From IMG/VR virus record IMGVR_UViG_3300029792_000004, positions 1 through 34,929 of that record: a stretch of 34,929 nt of DNA; one strand, given 5' to 3'. This document shows positions 26,201 through 34,492 of the stretch, one piece after another. Every line of letters starts with the position of its first letter. The first letter of the stretch is position 1. The stretch comes from a virus. Its lineage: Duplodnaviria > Caudoviricetes. The translations under genes were made by a program, and so were the position numbers. Under the pieces are notes generated by a model. The model saw nothing but the letters and a program-made list of their open reading frames with translations, made no database searches and was not told the origin of the DNA.

Positions 26201-28033
26201 AGATTCTTAGACCAGGAGTTATATCATGCAGAGACAGTATTAGGTATGCGCCCTGGATCTGATGAAGCATTTAATTATGCAAGTGATAGGGCTGTTGAGT
26301 TAGTTAAGGCAGAGATGGTAGATGTAACACTTGCTAATGGTAAGAAAATAGAAAATGGTGCATTAACTGGACAAAATGCTAGATATATTATGGATTGGGT
26401 TAACTTTACTGACTCACTAGATGTTGTACCAGCACCAAGAACATACGACTATGGCGTAAGAAAAGCTAGAGAAAGTGGTATTACAGATCCATTAGATGTA
26501 CATAACTTTGCAAATAAATATGTAAATGAAGGTAGCAATATATTTAACCAGGGTGGTGTAGCTGGTGGCATGGCAAAAGCATCGCAAGCTGTAGGACTTG
26601 TACCAAAAGCATTAGGAAACGTAGTAGAAAACTATCCTGCATTTGGTCTTATATATCCACTACCTAGAGGACCAATAAATATTATTAAAGCAAGTGCAAG
26701 AGCATTTCCTATTACTGCGCCATTTGTAGATACATTTTGGAGAGATATAACTTCAGAGGATTTATTTACAAGAGATAGAGCTATAGGAGAAATGGCATTA
26801 GGCACTACAACACTAGCTGGTGGTATAGCATTGCTATCTACAGGATTGGTTGAGTTTACTGGCTTTAGGTCTACTAACTATAGGAACAGAGAAGTTGGAC
26901 CAGAAAGTGTAGAAAGAGGTAGAGAACCTATGAGTATAAGATTTAAGAATCCATTTAGTGATAGCGAAGAATGGACACCCTGGTACTCACTACAAACCTT
27001 TGATACATTAAGCAATATTTTTGGTGCAATAGGTGAATATGTAGAAGTTGGCAACAGCCTTACAGAAGAAGAAAAAGAAGTAGAAAGCTCTATAGTTGCA
27101 ATGAAGATTGCACACGTTGCAAGAGCATTAGGTATGGGTCAATTTAGCAAACAGATACTATCAAGTATTACTGAACTCTTTGACGTTGTAGCTGGATTTG
27201 ATGAAGATGCTGCAAGAAGAATGAAGAAAGGTAAAACTGGTGCATTTAGTAGATACATAGAAAGAAAACTATCATCATTGCTAGTACCAGCTGCTATTAG
27301 AAAAATTAATATAGGAGAAGCAAGAAGAGATATTGTAGCTAGTGAACTACCTTTTCCATTTAATGTTGTATCAAATACCGCACAAAGAATACAATTACAA
27401 ATTCCTGGAGGAAGAGAAGGGCTGCCACCTGTATTACATAACTACTCAGGAGATCCTATAGACGACAGAGATTACGCTGGTACAGGTGCAATACCAGAAG
27501 ATATGCCTTGGCTAAAGTTCTTTTACAAGATGCTTACACCTACTTCTGCATTTCCTAGTCGTACAAAATCTACACATCCTGTCGATGTAGAACTAAGCAA
27601 ACTATATGGTAAAGGCTCTAACTACAAGCCCTGGAATGATAATATTTTTAATTTGCCAGGCAAAGTTCTTAACAGGGAAGAATTAAATAGACTGATAACT
27701 ATAGGTACAAAAGAAATTAAAAACGAAGCTGGTAATACTTTATGGGAAGAACTTACAGCATTAGTCACAATAGATTCAGTTTATGCCTCTCTGCCGTATG
27801 ATGTTAGCAGCGATGTTGAAAACCCCAGAATGACGATGATTAAAAATGTCGTTGCTGAGTTTAAAGAAAAAGCAAAAATTAAATTTTTAGAAGAAAGGCC
27901 AGATATAAACAGCCTTATAGAAGAAAGAGATCAAAAGATCATTGATAAACAATACACAAGAGATAGACTAAATAGTATGAACGACAAACAAAGTCGCAAT
28001 GATTCTAACCAGTTCCTAGCTCAACTTAACTAA
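20270..28033 (+). CDS. gp16: Giant internal virion (ejection) protein D, gp16-like, with ParB-like, zincin metallopeptidase and ADP-ribosyltransferase-like domains
   Basis: Lies between gp15 and the tail fibre; 2587 aa. Motifs YVVNGHNRLAAA (about aa 500-511), HESFH (aa 1228-1232) with downstream EVEAIAF, and LRKGT...GQAVYFT...GYAGIRY...DEIAIFD (about aa 1568-1700). Confidence 0.8.
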   Translation: MPFEEYKDENGETKTRYVAPEGTISKEPKKGFQEGGDFDLGASIGRTFGQAGRDFVQNLYDSVYDEIATYDPTGPTETFKSSRTIDDIRNEYGTDLSPREFNKIFNERREELFPSDQPGVIGKAFDMQPTSFDSPDADIPFLGKPFDNVAQNNAEHMIGGLLASIGQFALVAKGLKAKGVKVPQIPLFKGRMKTKLASKAPGVKGFFDRTQGRFIRGAQEGWLPGAINDFALEDPWDGNMVNLLASGVPDGKLKNLLNEFAVTEDDTLAEARLKNGVVGTLIAGPLLGGSLEQLGGGKRETLIMLDAIADYFTKGAKVAKKGNAARGIKNPLKELTDQETAEVGIVKLTGREKKSASEQAVEIIQEQDKIQKAKDFPGTSGQQLNTDGIDQSEIEFNDSLNELEQARKNLEVTASRSKFIAESTGGIDETKSLDLQPVPSSELATIGVNEIAVNPQRFQFKQAGQTKTGQSGSLGAITKYNTDLAGVVSVWRDPADGKTYVVNGHNRLAAAKRHQIPTVNVRYLDAPDAATARVKGAMQNIAEGNGTGVDAAKIIRETKMGVEEMVQQGISPSGVVMKKAIPLSKLPAGLFDQVATGKLTEDMGVAIGSSNAPDQVMFDLAKAAKKKGWSAAKTAEAGLIARQSSVFEVKDPNALPLLGYDTLITSNFEKQLNVRIAIRQQLRSEINALGVAANTKKAGTLTDAGNVIDVDASKAARDESLQGEIVFNRLVGTEGKLSDLVNELIAQVKGNKKAATVVQANIQKIKSVLKEEATLATTKKQNVQRGREKLSEKELDNIYGTDRDQGDLDRRQEALQRDEEFARTSEKERMDNLEIYRVGSVFDESDQYLATRKAELEAQGYPLTKRQISNIKNKAIKGTGIKPDFPNQAVEQDYYIKTYREYVKKDIELHSTEFLESIYKNGEEIGDEKLAQAQKELEDIYGKALTAQNNSRRMVENLEYNFIIEEQKRRAGVTNNPTEINKKPDTFNVKQTTETVATGTSNIVREPELPKRLKGAKSRYRQMRVSFDNDIDKAVYIVTKRPNRRTIVEFEGGSKNNPDYIKFLMDDNGFTEQDIIRIADSLYDDFKANYREGVEYVAQAGYKSLGYKSGQLSLDPLNGINPIHKRSYGTLGNDYTGMNMLNYREKFELLEEIQRMAGKDVNVQFVAELEGTLTAKQAADYGLTEGDTYSAAGEFIAGTNPADDLIMISMFSKGGYRGFGKLLRTAFHESFHRIQKRLLSKADQKALIAGEKEIRELAAKTMPEFRDSILDGTLGRQEVEAIAFSDWYMRNTDYPKATWAEPFKKIAQIIERTGNFLKGRGYQTWDDVFERSMRGETAEQAVASDLIAPATQLAIDPPDADKLANEIKKNIEAINNGDMSIEEALKNQAADEPRRLISRSGKTQYVETPSEQLAASYKAFNDLIYNLTFDRAEATGIANLDKAMLFNQAVDKLRMDGGDSDAIISSVERALKGDPRSADDLIAIATLQLQTDIVRNKTGIQSQAYLSAPESEKGVELQRLKAMLGEQLKLDVAYMSVMRKTGQRLSMGKLMFRADDVDLSDLPSEVTLRKGTSNEAGAKVLQDGFDVTQETGAMGQAVYFTTDENSIKVMDGYDNAEIYGDLINDIKILDLSAMNKRLTDLVTDLGLGKVKKTKNGLELNPAQIEGIKAYLADRGYAGIRYEPRDTGRPNAPADEIAIFDNNSANRIVGSDASVPPSATPEAPKRTLLEQAIAKSEDLLNDKLDPKLLDAIESGELTQEAIELGDVMVAISNYSQKNRGFNKHISDLIEQTPKGGLTQRRLLNFYRGAILLSGETTWKMMIGGLYRAATLPVIQTMGGFTRGVGQSITGNKAEAYKSFRRARLGAMIYGQYYQNLGNAFRLMGATLMENETFGNLGVDQMQLRTNSRFNPTDQLSLGSDEVQVSKKSDIWHADPNNKNFFANAALRVLSAVPKATGRLAGGVDTFMSSLVGPSMEYVRFLDQELYHAETVLGMRPGSDEAFNYASDRAVELVKAEMVDVTLANGKKIENGALTGQNARYIMDWVNFTDSLDVVPAPRTYDYGVRKARESGITDPLDVHNFANKYVNEGSNIFNQGGVAGGMAKASQAVGLVPKALGNVVENYPAFGLIYPLPRGPINIIKASARAFPITAPFVDTFWRDITSEDLFTRDRAIGEMALGTTTLAGGIALLSTGLVEFTGFRSTNYRNREVGPESVERGREPMSIRFKNPFSDSEEWTPWYSLQTFDTLSNIFGAIGEYVEVGNSLTEEEKEVESSIVAMKIAHVARALGMGQFSKQILSSITELFDVVAGFDEDAARRMKKGKTGAFSRYIERKLSSLLVPAAIRKINIGEARRDIVASELPFPFNVVSNTAQRIQLQIPGGREGLPPVLHNYSGDPIDDRDYAGTGAIPEDMPWLKFFYKMLTPTSAFPSRTKSTHPVDVELSKLYGKGSNYKPWNDNIFNLPGKVLNREELNRLITIGTKEIKNEAGNTLWEELTALVTIDSVYASLPYDVSSDVENPRMTMIKNVVAEFKEKAKIKFLEERPDINSLIEERDQKIIDKQYTRDRLNSMNDKQSRNDSNQFLAQLN

Positions 28034-31000
28034 TGGCTTTCGCACAACGCATAATAACTAGCAACTCAGCTGGAGATCAAGAGTTTACTTTTACCTTTGA
28101 CTACATCAAAGAAGAACATATAAAAGTATTTGTTAACTTTGTAGAAATAAATCAAGGAACAGGAAGTAACGAATTTCAAGTAATAACTAATACAACACCA
28201 AAAAAGATAAGTCTTAACACAGGCTTATCGGCAGATAATACCAGAGTAGAAATAAAAAGAATATCATCATTATCTACACCATTAGTTAATTTTGAAGATG
28301 GTTCGACACTTACAGCAGCTGATTTAGATACAGCAGAGAAACAAAGTTTATTTATAGACCAGGAGTTAGATGACGCACTTAAGCAAGGTGTATCTATAGA
28401 TCCAACTACAGGTTTACCTACACTTAGTAACCAAAGATTAACTAATGTCTTAGATCCAGTAAATGCCCAGGATGCAGTAACTAAAGCGTACTTAGAAAGA
28501 AGTGGCAGTATTACGTCAACACAAATTGCAGACGGAACTATTGTTAATGCTGACGTAAACGCAAGCGCAGCTATAGCTGGTACTAAAATATCTCCTGATT
28601 TTGGCAGCCAAAATATTGCTACAACTGGAACTGTTGATGGAAGAGATGTATCTGCTGATGGTACGAAATTAGATACGATTGAAACGTCAGCTAAAGACGA
28701 TCAAACAGGAGCAGAAATAAAAACTTTATATGAAGCGGAAAGTAATACAAATGCTTTTACTGACGCTTTGCTTGCAAAGTTAAATGCTATTGAAGCAAAC
28801 GCAAAAGACGATCAAACAGTATCAGAAATAAAAACACTTATAGCTGGTAGCCCTTTAGACGCTAGTCATCTTGCAGCAAACTCAGTTGGTAGCAGTGAAA
28901 TAGTAAATAGCTCAGTTACCAATAATAAATTAGCAAACGCAGAGTTAGTAACTTTGGCAGGGATGCAATCAGGTACAGCTTCTAAATTAGCTGACAGCAC
29001 AGCCCTTACGTCTGATATTGCCGATTTAAACCAGTTAGATGGTATGGCAAAACAGACTACTATAACTGATGATGATACAAAGTTTCCTACCTCTGGTGCT
29101 GTTGTAGATTATGTAAGTAGTCAGTTAGATGATATTGGTGGTTTTGAATCTATAGCTAATGAATTATCATTTCCTAATACACAAGCACCCAATGGCGTAT
29201 CTATAAGTATTGCTGACGCAGCAGGAATAGTCGTTAATGGTAGTGGAGTAAGTACGACAGCTAGAACATTAAACGGAACTACTGTCACGATAAACAATAT
29301 ACCTTCTAATTTCCATAGCTCAACAATAGCTTCTGGCATAAGGTTTATTGTTACTTCTACAGGTAGCGGACAAATTTATAACTACCATAAAGCTACGCTT
29401 TCAGAAAGTGACCTTGTTAGCCTTAGTGGAGATATAAATGATTTTAATGAAAGATATAGAATAGGCTCTACAAACCCTGATACTAACAATGATTCAGGAG
29501 ACTTATTTTTCAATACAAGTACAGGTAAGTTATTAGTTTATAACGGAACTAATAGTGCTTGGGAGGAAGCACAAAGTATTGGTAACTTTTTTATATCTAC
29601 ACTTAGCCCTGCATTTGATAACAGCACTCAAAATTTTACAATTACAAATGCACCTACAAATGCACAACAGATACTTTTAAGTATTAATGGTGTCATACAA
29701 AAGCCTAATAGCGGTACATCTACTCCTTCAGAAGGATTTGCTTTAGACGGCAGTACAGTCAAGCTGGCTGCGGCTCCTGCTAGTGGATCAGAATATTTTG
29801 CAGTTGTAATAGGATCTACAGTAAATATTGGTACTCCAAGCAACAACACAGTAACAAGTGCTATCCTTCAAAACGGATCAGTTATTGAAGCTAAACTAGG
29901 AAGCGGTGCGGTAACAAGAACTAAATTAAATCTTGTATCTACATCTTCTGCTCCTGGACTAGAAGTAAAAGGTGATGGTACTTCTGACGGATATTTACAA
30001 CTTAACTGTAGTCAGAATAGTCATGGTGTAAAAATAAAATCCCCACCGCATAGTGCAAATCAAAACTATACTCTTACACTTCCAAGTGCATTGCCAGCAG
30101 GAGAAGGTTTTTTAATTAGCGATCAAAATGGAAATACTAGCTTTACTACTGAAGTAGGTCTTATTAGCGATCAATTAAGAGTTCACGATCTTTATTTAGG
30201 TAGAGATTCTAGTAATAATGATCCTGTTATTCAACCAGCAGCACAAGCAAATATAACTTTAAGATGTGGTTCTACGCAAGCTGGAACATATACATCTATT
30301 TTAGATGGCTCTGGATTGCAACTTGGTAGGAACACACAGTATGTAAAACTTAAAGCACCAGCAGATCAAACAGGACAATCAAGTTATGATTTTACTTTTC
30401 CTATAAGCGGTGGTAGTAATGGACAGTTTTTGAAAACTGATGGAAACGGAACTACGTCTTGGGGTACTGTTGATTTAACTTCGTTAAGTGCATCTAATTT
30501 AACTTCTGGTACTGTTCCTGATGCTAGATTTCCTGCAACCTTACCAGCTGCTAGCGCAGCTAATTTAACTAATATTCCTGCTGCAAATATTACTGGAACA
30601 TTGCCAGCTATAGATGGATCTAACCTTACAGGGTTATCGGGAGTATCTGTAGCTAGCCAGGCAAACAATAGACTTATAACTTGCACAGGAACAAGCGACA
30701 GTTTAACTGCTGAAGAAGGATTAGAGTTTGTACACGTTAACGGAGTTGATCCTACATTTACTTTCAAGCGTCTTTCTGCTGCAAGTGGTAATGACAATAT
30801 CTACACAGAGTTACGTTTTCTAAACTCTAGTGGCACTGTTATGGGTCAAATTATATGTAGAAGAGAAAGTAGTACTGATAATGCTTATTTAGATTTTGAG
30901 ACAAAGAACGACAGTCAAAACTCCCAACCTTCAATGCGAATTGCAGGAACTACTGGTACTGCATATTTTGTTGGTAATCTTGGAAGAGCTAACAATAACC

Positions 31001-31803
31001 AACCATCATATTTCAGTAATGCAATTTTTGGTGGTTCGACTATTCCTAGTGCAGTAACTATTAAAGCCTTACCAGATGGTGGAGAAACTGGTTTGCTTAT
31101 TAGGGGTACAAGTATGGGAGGAGGGTCTACCGATATTAATTCCTGTATAAGAGTTGATGCTACAGCTAGTAGTAATAACGCACAGCAATATGGAATCTAT
31201 GTTAAAGGTAAACAACAGAATGATAAAGATACTGGTGGAATTTATGCAGATGTTTATGGTAGCTATTCAGAAACGTATGTTTATCGTGGTCACTTACAAA
31301 AACAAGTTGGTGCATATACTATTGGAACTACATTTCATAGTAAGATAACTGAAACCAGTTCTGGTGGTGCTTCATATCACATGAGATGTTATGATGGCAG
31401 TAATTTAAAATTAAGAATAGAAAGAGATGGAGATATAGATAATACTAATAACAGTTATGGTTCATTATCTGATATTAAATTAAAAGAAAATATTGTAGAT
31501 GCTAAATCTCAATGGGATGATATAAAAGCATTGAAAGTAAGAAACTTTAATTTTAAAGATGATCCTAATAAAGTAAAGATGCTTGGTCTTGTTGCACAAG
31601 AAGCAGAAATTGTATCGGCTGGTTTAGTTAAAACTAATAATGATCTTGAAACAGATAAAGATACTGGTGAAGGTAAAGTTACTGGTCAAACAAAATATTT
31701 AAAGTATTCGATACTTTACATGAAAGCTATTAAAGCATTACAGGAAGCGCAAGTTAGAATAGAAACATTAGAAACCAAAGTAGCAGCATTGGAGGGTGCG
31801 TAA
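28033..31803 (+). CDS. gp17: Tail fibre protein (gp17-like) with a C-terminal peptidase S74 intramolecular chaperone
   Basis: T7-type N-terminal adaptor (FTFTFDYIKEEHIKV...VNFEDGSTLTAADLD), S/T/G/N-rich shaft, SDIKLKENI...GLVAQEAE and a terminal coiled coil. Confidence 0.92.
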   Translation: MAFAQRIITSNSAGDQEFTFTFDYIKEEHIKVFVNFVEINQGTGSNEFQVITNTTPKKISLNTGLSADNTRVEIKRISSLSTPLVNFEDGSTLTAADLDTAEKQSLFIDQELDDALKQGVSIDPTTGLPTLSNQRLTNVLDPVNAQDAVTKAYLERSGSITSTQIADGTIVNADVNASAAIAGTKISPDFGSQNIATTGTVDGRDVSADGTKLDTIETSAKDDQTGAEIKTLYEAESNTNAFTDALLAKLNAIEANAKDDQTVSEIKTLIAGSPLDASHLAANSVGSSEIVNSSVTNNKLANAELVTLAGMQSGTASKLADSTALTSDIADLNQLDGMAKQTTITDDDTKFPTSGAVVDYVSSQLDDIGGFESIANELSFPNTQAPNGVSISIADAAGIVVNGSGVSTTARTLNGTTVTINNIPSNFHSSTIASGIRFIVTSTGSGQIYNYHKATLSESDLVSLSGDINDFNERYRIGSTNPDTNNDSGDLFFNTSTGKLLVYNGTNSAWEEAQSIGNFFISTLSPAFDNSTQNFTITNAPTNAQQILLSINGVIQKPNSGTSTPSEGFALDGSTVKLAAAPASGSEYFAVVIGSTVNIGTPSNNTVTSAILQNGSVIEAKLGSGAVTRTKLNLVSTSSAPGLEVKGDGTSDGYLQLNCSQNSHGVKIKSPPHSANQNYTLTLPSALPAGEGFLISDQNGNTSFTTEVGLISDQLRVHDLYLGRDSSNNDPVIQPAAQANITLRCGSTQAGTYTSILDGSGLQLGRNTQYVKLKAPADQTGQSSYDFTFPISGGSNGQFLKTDGNGTTSWGTVDLTSLSASNLTSGTVPDARFPATLPAASAANLTNIPAANITGTLPAIDGSNLTGLSGVSVASQANNRLITCTGTSDSLTAEEGLEFVHVNGVDPTFTFKRLSAASGNDNIYTELRFLNSSGTVMGQIICRRESSTDNAYLDFETKNDSQNSQPSMRIAGTTGTAYFVGNLGRANNNQPSYFSNAIFGGSTIPSAVTIKALPDGGETGLLIRGTSMGGGSTDINSCIRVDATASSNNAQQYGIYVKGKQQNDKDTGGIYADVYGSYSETYVYRGHLQKQVGAYTIGTTFHSKITETSSGGASYHMRCYDGSNLKLRIERDGDIDNTNNSYGSLSDIKLKENIVDAKSQWDDIKALKVRNFNFKDDPNKVKMLGLVAQEAEIVSAGLVKTNNDLETDKDTGEGKVTGQTKYLKYSILYMKAIKALQEAQVRIETLETKVAALEGA
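28693..28819 (+). repeat. Intragenic direct repeat in the tail fibre (AKDDQTxxEIKTL twice)
   Basis: AAAGACGATCAAACAG at 28693 and 28804, 111 bp apart. Confidence 0.8.
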
Positions 31804-31806
31804 ACT

Positions 31807-33522
31807 ATGGCATTAACTAAAGTATCTACACCTGGAATAAAAGACGAAGCTATTACATTAGCTAAGTTATTGCATGGTACATCATCTAATGATGGTAAAT
31901 TCTTAAGAGCCAACAATGGAGCAGATCCTACGTTTGAAAATATTTCACAGTTTACAACCCTTACTGAACACGTTGGTGCTGATGCTAGTAACAGGTCTGC
32001 TGGCGATCTTATTATTGAAGGAACTGATACTGACAGTAGCGGTTCTGTAACTGATGACGATAGGACTATATATGATAAAAGTTTAAATAAATTTAAGTTA
32101 GGAAGAAACGTAAAACTTGAAATTGGATTCTTAACATTACAAACTAAATTACAAGCTACAAATCATAATAACGGACACATTATACAATATTCTGCACATC
32201 TTAATATGACTACTGGTGCAGATATTTGGCTTAGTACTGTAGGAAAAAGAGTAGTTATTGGTACTTCTGATACGGCTAACCATGAAGTAGCAAGCTTCCA
32301 ATGTTCTGCTTCTGGTGCAAGTCAACATGGTTTTGTAGCACTAAATTATGTAACAGCAAACTATGGTCAAAGTACCAGTATGGTACAAAGGCTGTTAACA
32401 ACACAAACAGGTTTAACTTTAACAGGTGACGTAATACCAGCAACTACTCAAGCACATGATCTTGGTAGTTCTTCTAAAAAGTGGAGCAATATTCACGCTG
32501 ATTATTTTTATGGTAGTGGAGCAAATCTAACTAGCTTACCAGCGGGTCAACTTACAGGAACTGTTGCAGATGCTCGCATATCAACTCTTACAGCATCAAA
32601 GTTAACTGGTGCATTACCAGCGATTGACGGATCTAATTTAACTGGTATTAGTTCTGTAGGTGGAGCAACAGGTGTTGATTTTAACGATGGTGTAAAAGCT
32701 AGATTTGGAACTGGAAATGACGGTGAGATATTTCATAACGGCACAGACTTTCACATAGATGGTGAAGCATCTGGTGGAGCAACTAGAAATATATACATTA
32801 CAGGAGGTTCAGTTAACGAAAAAGTAATTGAACTTAGAAGTAAAGATAATGAACCTCATGTTAGATGTTATGGTGACGGAGCAGTGGAGATATACCATAA
32901 CAACGAGAAAAAGTTTATTACCACAGGTACTGGAGTTAGAATTGAAAATACAAGTAGTCCTTTAACTACCGCAAACTCAAGTGCTAATGAATTTGTTGTA
33001 ACAGGTGATGGTGCAATGGGTATGACTTTGCATACTACTAACACATCAAGTAACTGTGGTATTCATTTTGCAGATGGTACATCAGGTAATGCGACATATC
33101 GAGGAACAATAATTTATCGTCATTTACACGATCAATTAAGATTTAGTGTAAACGGAGGTACTCTTGCACAGCAAATAAACTCCGACCTAACAGTATCTTT
33201 TCAAAACACTATATATGCTTCAAGTTTTAGTACAGCTTCTGATCTTACTCTTAAATCAAATTTAGTTCGTTTTACTAATACACTTGATAAATTAAAAGAA
33301 CTAAATGGATATACATTTGACATGAAAGTTGGTGAAGCAAAAGATATAACAATAGCTTCTGCTGGTATTATTGCTCAAGATGTTGAAAAAGTATTTCCAG
33401 AGTTAGTAAGTACAGAAACAGGCTCAGACTACAAAACAGTTCAATATAATGGATTGATAGGTGTGTTAGTAGAAGCTGTTAAAGAGTTAACAACTAAGGT
33501 TGCAGCATTAGAAGCTGCTTAG
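31807..33522 (+). CDS. Second tail fibre / receptor-binding protein with S74 chaperone
   Basis: MALTKV start, LPAIDGSNLTG module shared with fibre 1, SDLTLKSNL...GIIAQDVEKVFPELV...YNGLIGVLVEAVKEL. Confidence 0.88.
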   Translation: MALTKVSTPGIKDEAITLAKLLHGTSSNDGKFLRANNGADPTFENISQFTTLTEHVGADASNRSAGDLIIEGTDTDSSGSVTDDDRTIYDKSLNKFKLGRNVKLEIGFLTLQTKLQATNHNNGHIIQYSAHLNMTTGADIWLSTVGKRVVIGTSDTANHEVASFQCSASGASQHGFVALNYVTANYGQSTSMVQRLLTTQTGLTLTGDVIPATTQAHDLGSSSKKWSNIHADYFYGSGANLTSLPAGQLTGTVADARISTLTASKLTGALPAIDGSNLTGISSVGGATGVDFNDGVKARFGTGNDGEIFHNGTDFHIDGEASGGATRNIYITGGSVNEKVIELRSKDNEPHVRCYGDGAVEIYHNNEKKFITTGTGVRIENTSSPLTTANSSANEFVVTGDGAMGMTLHTTNTSSNCGIHFADGTSGNATYRGTIIYRHLHDQLRFSVNGGTLAQQINSDLTVSFQNTIYASSFSTASDLTLKSNLVRFTNTLDKLKELNGYTFDMKVGEAKDITIASAGIIAQDVEKVFPELVSTETGSDYKTVQYNGLIGVLVEAVKELTTKVAALEAA

Positions 33523-33525
33523 TTT

Positions 33526-33554
33526 TTGTCAATAGTTGATAAGGCTGCTAAACT
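33526..33554 (+). promoter_or_regulatory. Host sigma70-type promoter for the right-end cluster
   Basis: TTGTCA (33526-33531), 17-nt spacer, TAAACT (33549-33554) with an extended -10 TG at 33546-33547, in a 62-nt intergenic gap. Confidence 0.55.
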
Positions 33555-33584
33555 TACAACAGGCAAACCTACCACTTAATTATT

Positions 33585-33842
33585 ATGGCTAGACCAACAA
33601 CACAAGAATTACTTGAAAAGCAAAAAGAAATTGCTGAAAAGTTTAATGCTCAACAAATAGAGCAAGATAAATTAAAGCAAGAATTTGACAAAATTACTGC
33701 TGTTATCGCTGACAGACAAGCAGGAGAAGCAGAAATAGCTGCAAATGTAGCAGCTGAAACTTGCCCTGCACCAGAAGTTGCACCAGCTTCTGTAGATCCT
33801 GCTCCAGAAATAGACGCAGTTACTGTAGAAAGAGGTACATAG
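33585..33842 (+). CDS. Hypothetical coiled-coil protein (85 aa)
   Basis: Heptad-like N-terminal half and an A/P/E-rich tail. Confidence 0.7.
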   Translation: MARPTTQELLEKQKEIAEKFNAQQIEQDKLKQEFDKITAVIADRQAGEAEIAANVAAETCPAPEVAPASVDPAPEIDAVTVERGT

Positions 33843-33844
33843 TT

Positions 33845-33952
33845 ATGCCTCTTAAAGGTAATCAAAGAAAAATAGATGCCAACAGGGATGGTAAAATAAC
33901 ACGCAAAGATTTTAAACTCTTAGCGAAAAAGAAAAAGAAAAAGAAAAAATAG
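33845..33952 (+). CDS. Microprotein with an EF-hand-like loop and poly-Lys tail (35 aa)
   Basis: ATG 33845 after AGAGGT; MPLKGNQRKIDANRDGKITRKDFKLLAKKKKKKKK. DANRDGKITRKD fits the DxNxDGxIxxxD pattern. Confidence 0.65.
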   Translation: MPLKGNQRKIDANRDGKITRKDFKLLAKKKKKKKK

Positions 33953-34453
33953 ATGGAAATAAATCTGCCTGATTTACCAGATACAGATTTTATCCTCGTT
34001 CCACCTAGAACAATTTTCTATCCACCTGTGGCAGAGATCCCTTATTTAGATCCAATCCTTCTACCTTCTCTGGAACAGGTACAGTCGGGACTTGGGGAAG
34101 ATCAGGGATCTTCTGCTGAAGAAGAAAAATCATCTTCAACGGAGGAAGTAATACCAGGAGGACAACCGCAAGTACCGAACAACTTGCTAGAAACCAAAGA
34201 AACTTTACCATCTGAAACTGTAGCTACATTTAATATACCTTTATTTGGAGAATTTCCTATTCCTGCTCCAGAAGTAATTGCATCAAGTGTCATAGCATCT
34301 GGTGTAAGTGCCACAGCAGCCGTTACAGGATCAATAATTCTGCAAAGCGTTGTTAATCAACTAAAGAAACTTATGACAAAAATATTTAAGAAAGTTCTTA
34401 AAAAAGAAGTCGCAAATGTTAAAGAAAAGATGGATAATAATAAAGGTAGCTAG
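33953..34453 (+). CDS. Hypothetical Pro-rich protein with a C-terminal hydrophobic segment
   Basis: Acidic Pro-rich N-terminus, hydrophobic VIASSVIASGVSATAAVTGSIIL stretch, basic amphipathic tail. Confidence 0.75.
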   Translation: MEINLPDLPDTDFILVPPRTIFYPPVAEIPYLDPILLPSLEQVQSGLGEDQGSSAEEEKSSSTEEVIPGGQPQVPNNLLETKETLPSETVATFNIPLFGEFPIPAPEVIASSVIASGVSATAAVTGSIILQSVVNQLKKLMTKIFKKVLKKEVANVKEKMDNNKGS

Positions 34454-34492
34454 AGTTCACATACCTGTACGTGTGGCGTCTAAACTAGCTAC
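34446..34492. terminator. Imperfect hairpin between convergent genes
   Basis: GTAGCTAG (34446-34453) and CTAGCTAC (34485-34492) form an inverted repeat enclosing CACA..TGTG pairing; the arms contain both stop codons. No clear U tract. Confidence 0.35.

Noticed and set aside
4700-33600. Repeated phage-RNAP promoter consensus (T7 phi-type)
   Set aside because: I could not find a recurring 15-23 bp element upstream of middle or late genes by eye. Motif discovery or TSS mapping is required.
471-34314. The many 60-200 aa minus-strand and nested ORFs in the track (e.g. 2283-2669, 13242-13832, 14837-15220, 30384-30797)
   Set aside because: They are shadows of well-supported + strand genes, with no recognisable motifs.
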